Assembly: GCA_963833985.1 (NCBI GenBank)
Contig: CAWIAD010000002.1
Location: forward strand, 5,216,001 to 5,280,000
From: an uncultured Planctomycetaceae bacterium
Lineage (GTDB): Bacteria; Planctomycetota; Planctomycetia; Isosphaerales; Isosphaeraceae
DNA: 64,000 nt
Direction: 5' to 3'
Shown here piece after piece: positions 62,028-64,000 of this stretch. Both the position numbers and the translations under genes were made by a program. Each line of letters opens with the position of its first letter. Within the stretch, counting starts at the first letter, position 1. The notes under the pieces were generated by a model, which saw only the letters and a program-made list of their open reading frames with translations, was not told where the DNA came from and did no database searches.

Positions 62028-64000
62028 ATGGACCGCATCCAATGTCTGTTCACTCTTCTCCTCGGAGGGTTCTTTGCGTTTTCCGCGGCGGTGCCCACGC
62101 CGGCGGCGGCGCAGCAGGCCCGATCCTCGGCGCGGACAGTGCGGCTGGAGGCCACGCGTGACACCTGGGTCTCCGAGGTCGGTCGCGAGGCTGACGGGAA
62201 CAACGGCGCGGCGCCGCGGCTCAAGCTCAAGAGCATTCAGGAGATGACGCTCATCGACATCGATCCTGCGCCGCTCCAGGGGCACGTCATCACCAGCGCG
62301 GAGCTGCATATGAAGTCCGTGGGTGAGCCGCGGCTGCGGCGCGTGACCGTGAGTGGGATTGGTGCTGAGTGGTACGAGGGAGCCGGCACCAATTACGCAC
62401 GGGAGCCGGGTGGCGCCACGTTCCGCCAGCGCCGCTTTCCCGATCTGACCTGGTCGATCGCCCGGCCCGGCGGCGACCTGTGTTTCGTCGTGCTGGGCAA
62501 CGGCGGCACGAACTGGGGCATGGCCGACGCCACGCCGCCAGATGCCGACGGCTGGCAAACCATCGCCATCAAGCCGGCCGTGCTGGCTGCCCGTGCCGCG
62601 GGACTTTCCCACGGGTTCCTGGTCTTCGACGACACGGGGTCGGAATGGAGCCGCCAGGGAGAGAAGTTCCAGTTCCACCTGTTCCCGAACCGCTTTGTCT
62701 TCAGCCGCGACCAGAACCGCGCCAGTGCGCCGTACCTCACCGTCGTCCTGGGCGCCGGGGATCGCGAGCCGCCCGATGCGCCCGACAGGCGTGCTCTCGG
62801 AATCCCATGGCTTGCCGCCCGGCGAGGCGCTCGTCTCCTGGGCCACCCCGCGCGATCGCGGGCCGGCCGGCACGCTCGGGTTCGTGGCCAGCCTGTCGGG
62901 CCGCCCCATTCCGCGCGAGCTGATCCCGCTGGCCGGAGCGCCCGGATCGCGCGTGCCGATGCACCTCAGCGACCTGGGACTGGAGCAGACGCCCTCAGCC
63001 ACGCTCAGCGTCCGGGCCGTCGATGCCGCGGGGAACCTCGGGCCGGAGGCCAGCACCACGGTCCACTTCCCGGAAAGGCCCGCCGTCGCCGCGGTACTTC
63101 CAGGGTCTGCTCCGGAAATCCTTCACCTCGCTTCCTCGACTCCCTTGCCCTCGCTGGGAGGCGCGGAGATCGCCGTGGTCGACGAGCTGGACAAGATTCA
63201 TCCGCGCACCGGCGCGATGATCCCTCGGCAATCGCTGGATTATCTCCGTTCCAACCATCTCTGGAACGCGGTCGCTCGCCGGATTGACCTGCACGCGGCC
63301 CGCAACGAATACGCGGGGTTCCAGGTGGTCATGCAGGGGAAGCGTCTGGGCCCTGACCCGGAATTCCGGCCGGAACTGACGTTCCGCGGCGCAGCCGGAC
63401 CACTGGTTCAGGTGGGTTACGGCCGCTACCACCCGGTCCCCACGCCGGACGGCCCATTGCCCGATCCGATCGTTCCCCTGGGCGTCGCGGCGCCCGGCGG
63501 AACGGACGAATCCGCGGACGGCACGTCCAGCCGCAGCCTGCACGTCGAGCTGTACGTGCCGCACGACATGCCGGCCGGCACGCACCAGGGCACGCTCACC
63601 CTGAAGGCGGGTGGCGATCGCCTGGAACTGGCGGTCGTGCTCAAGGTCTGGGATTTCACCCTGCCAGACCATCTCAGCTTCCTGCCCGAAATGAACTGCT
63701 ACGGACTGCCGGACAACGAGCGCGATTATTACCGCCTGGCGCACCGCCATCGCACGGTGCTGAACCGCCTGACCTACAACCAGAACGGCCGGGTGCAGGA
63801 AGGCTGTGCCCCGCGCTGGGACGGCAGGCGGCTGGACTGGACGGGCTGGGACCAGCGCTTCGGCCCCTTGCTGGACGGCTCGGCCTTTCGCGACCTGCCG
63901 CGCAAGGGAGTGCCCGTGGAGTGCTTCTACCTGCCCTTGCATGAGAACTGGCCCAGCCCGATGGAAGGGAACTACAATGGCAACTACTGGGCCGACCAGG
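62028..64000 (+). CDS. Large secreted carbohydrate-active-like protein (DNRLRE-like N-terminus, DUF4091/GH123-like region); frameshifted and 3'-truncated by the window edge
   Basis: GGAGG before ATG; signal peptide; LEATRDTWVSE; in other frames LHAARNEYAGFQVV, PDPIVP, VELYVP, LKVWDFTLP; shifts near 62790 and 63070. Confidence 0.65.

Overview
High-GC bacterial window, almost certainly from a planctomycete and most plausibly Isosphaeraceae (inferred from planctomycete export-signal proteins, a TIGR03067 protein and a DWG-type Ser/Thr kinase-WD40 protein). In order it contains: (1) a flagellar-export remnant flhB'-flhA-flhF-'flhG'-fliA, in which FlhB appears to lack its NPTH autocleavage motif and FlhG is reduced to its DQAxxLR N-terminal peptide; (2) methyltransferases, an orphan GAP1-N-like protein, a sirtuin and a 1296-aa multi-pass receptor-like protein; (3) a Dlt/Alm-like envelope aminoacylation cluster (MBOAT, SGNH, stand-alone adenylation enzyme, LpxL-like acyltransferase, two SGNH-TPR paralogues); (4) xseA-[Ig-repeat adhesin]-xseB-ispA-dxs-nadK; (5) a secreted metzincin; (6) a lower-GC two-gene cassette (small toxin-like protein plus catalytically dead IrrE/ImmA-like protein) beside tilS; (7) kinase-WD40, ArnT-like glycosyltransferase plus AsmA-like protein, a PepSY/two-component locus, a BASS symporter and ferritin; (8) a sugar-utilisation cluster (GH39, HAD, GH27, MFS) containing an inverted REP-like doublet around an ~18% GC core. 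About 17 apparent frameshifts, including in tilS and nadK, point to indel errors in the assembly rather than pseudogenes. No rRNA, tRNA, CRISPR array or transposase was recognised. All family assignments are by eye from motifs; no database search was run.
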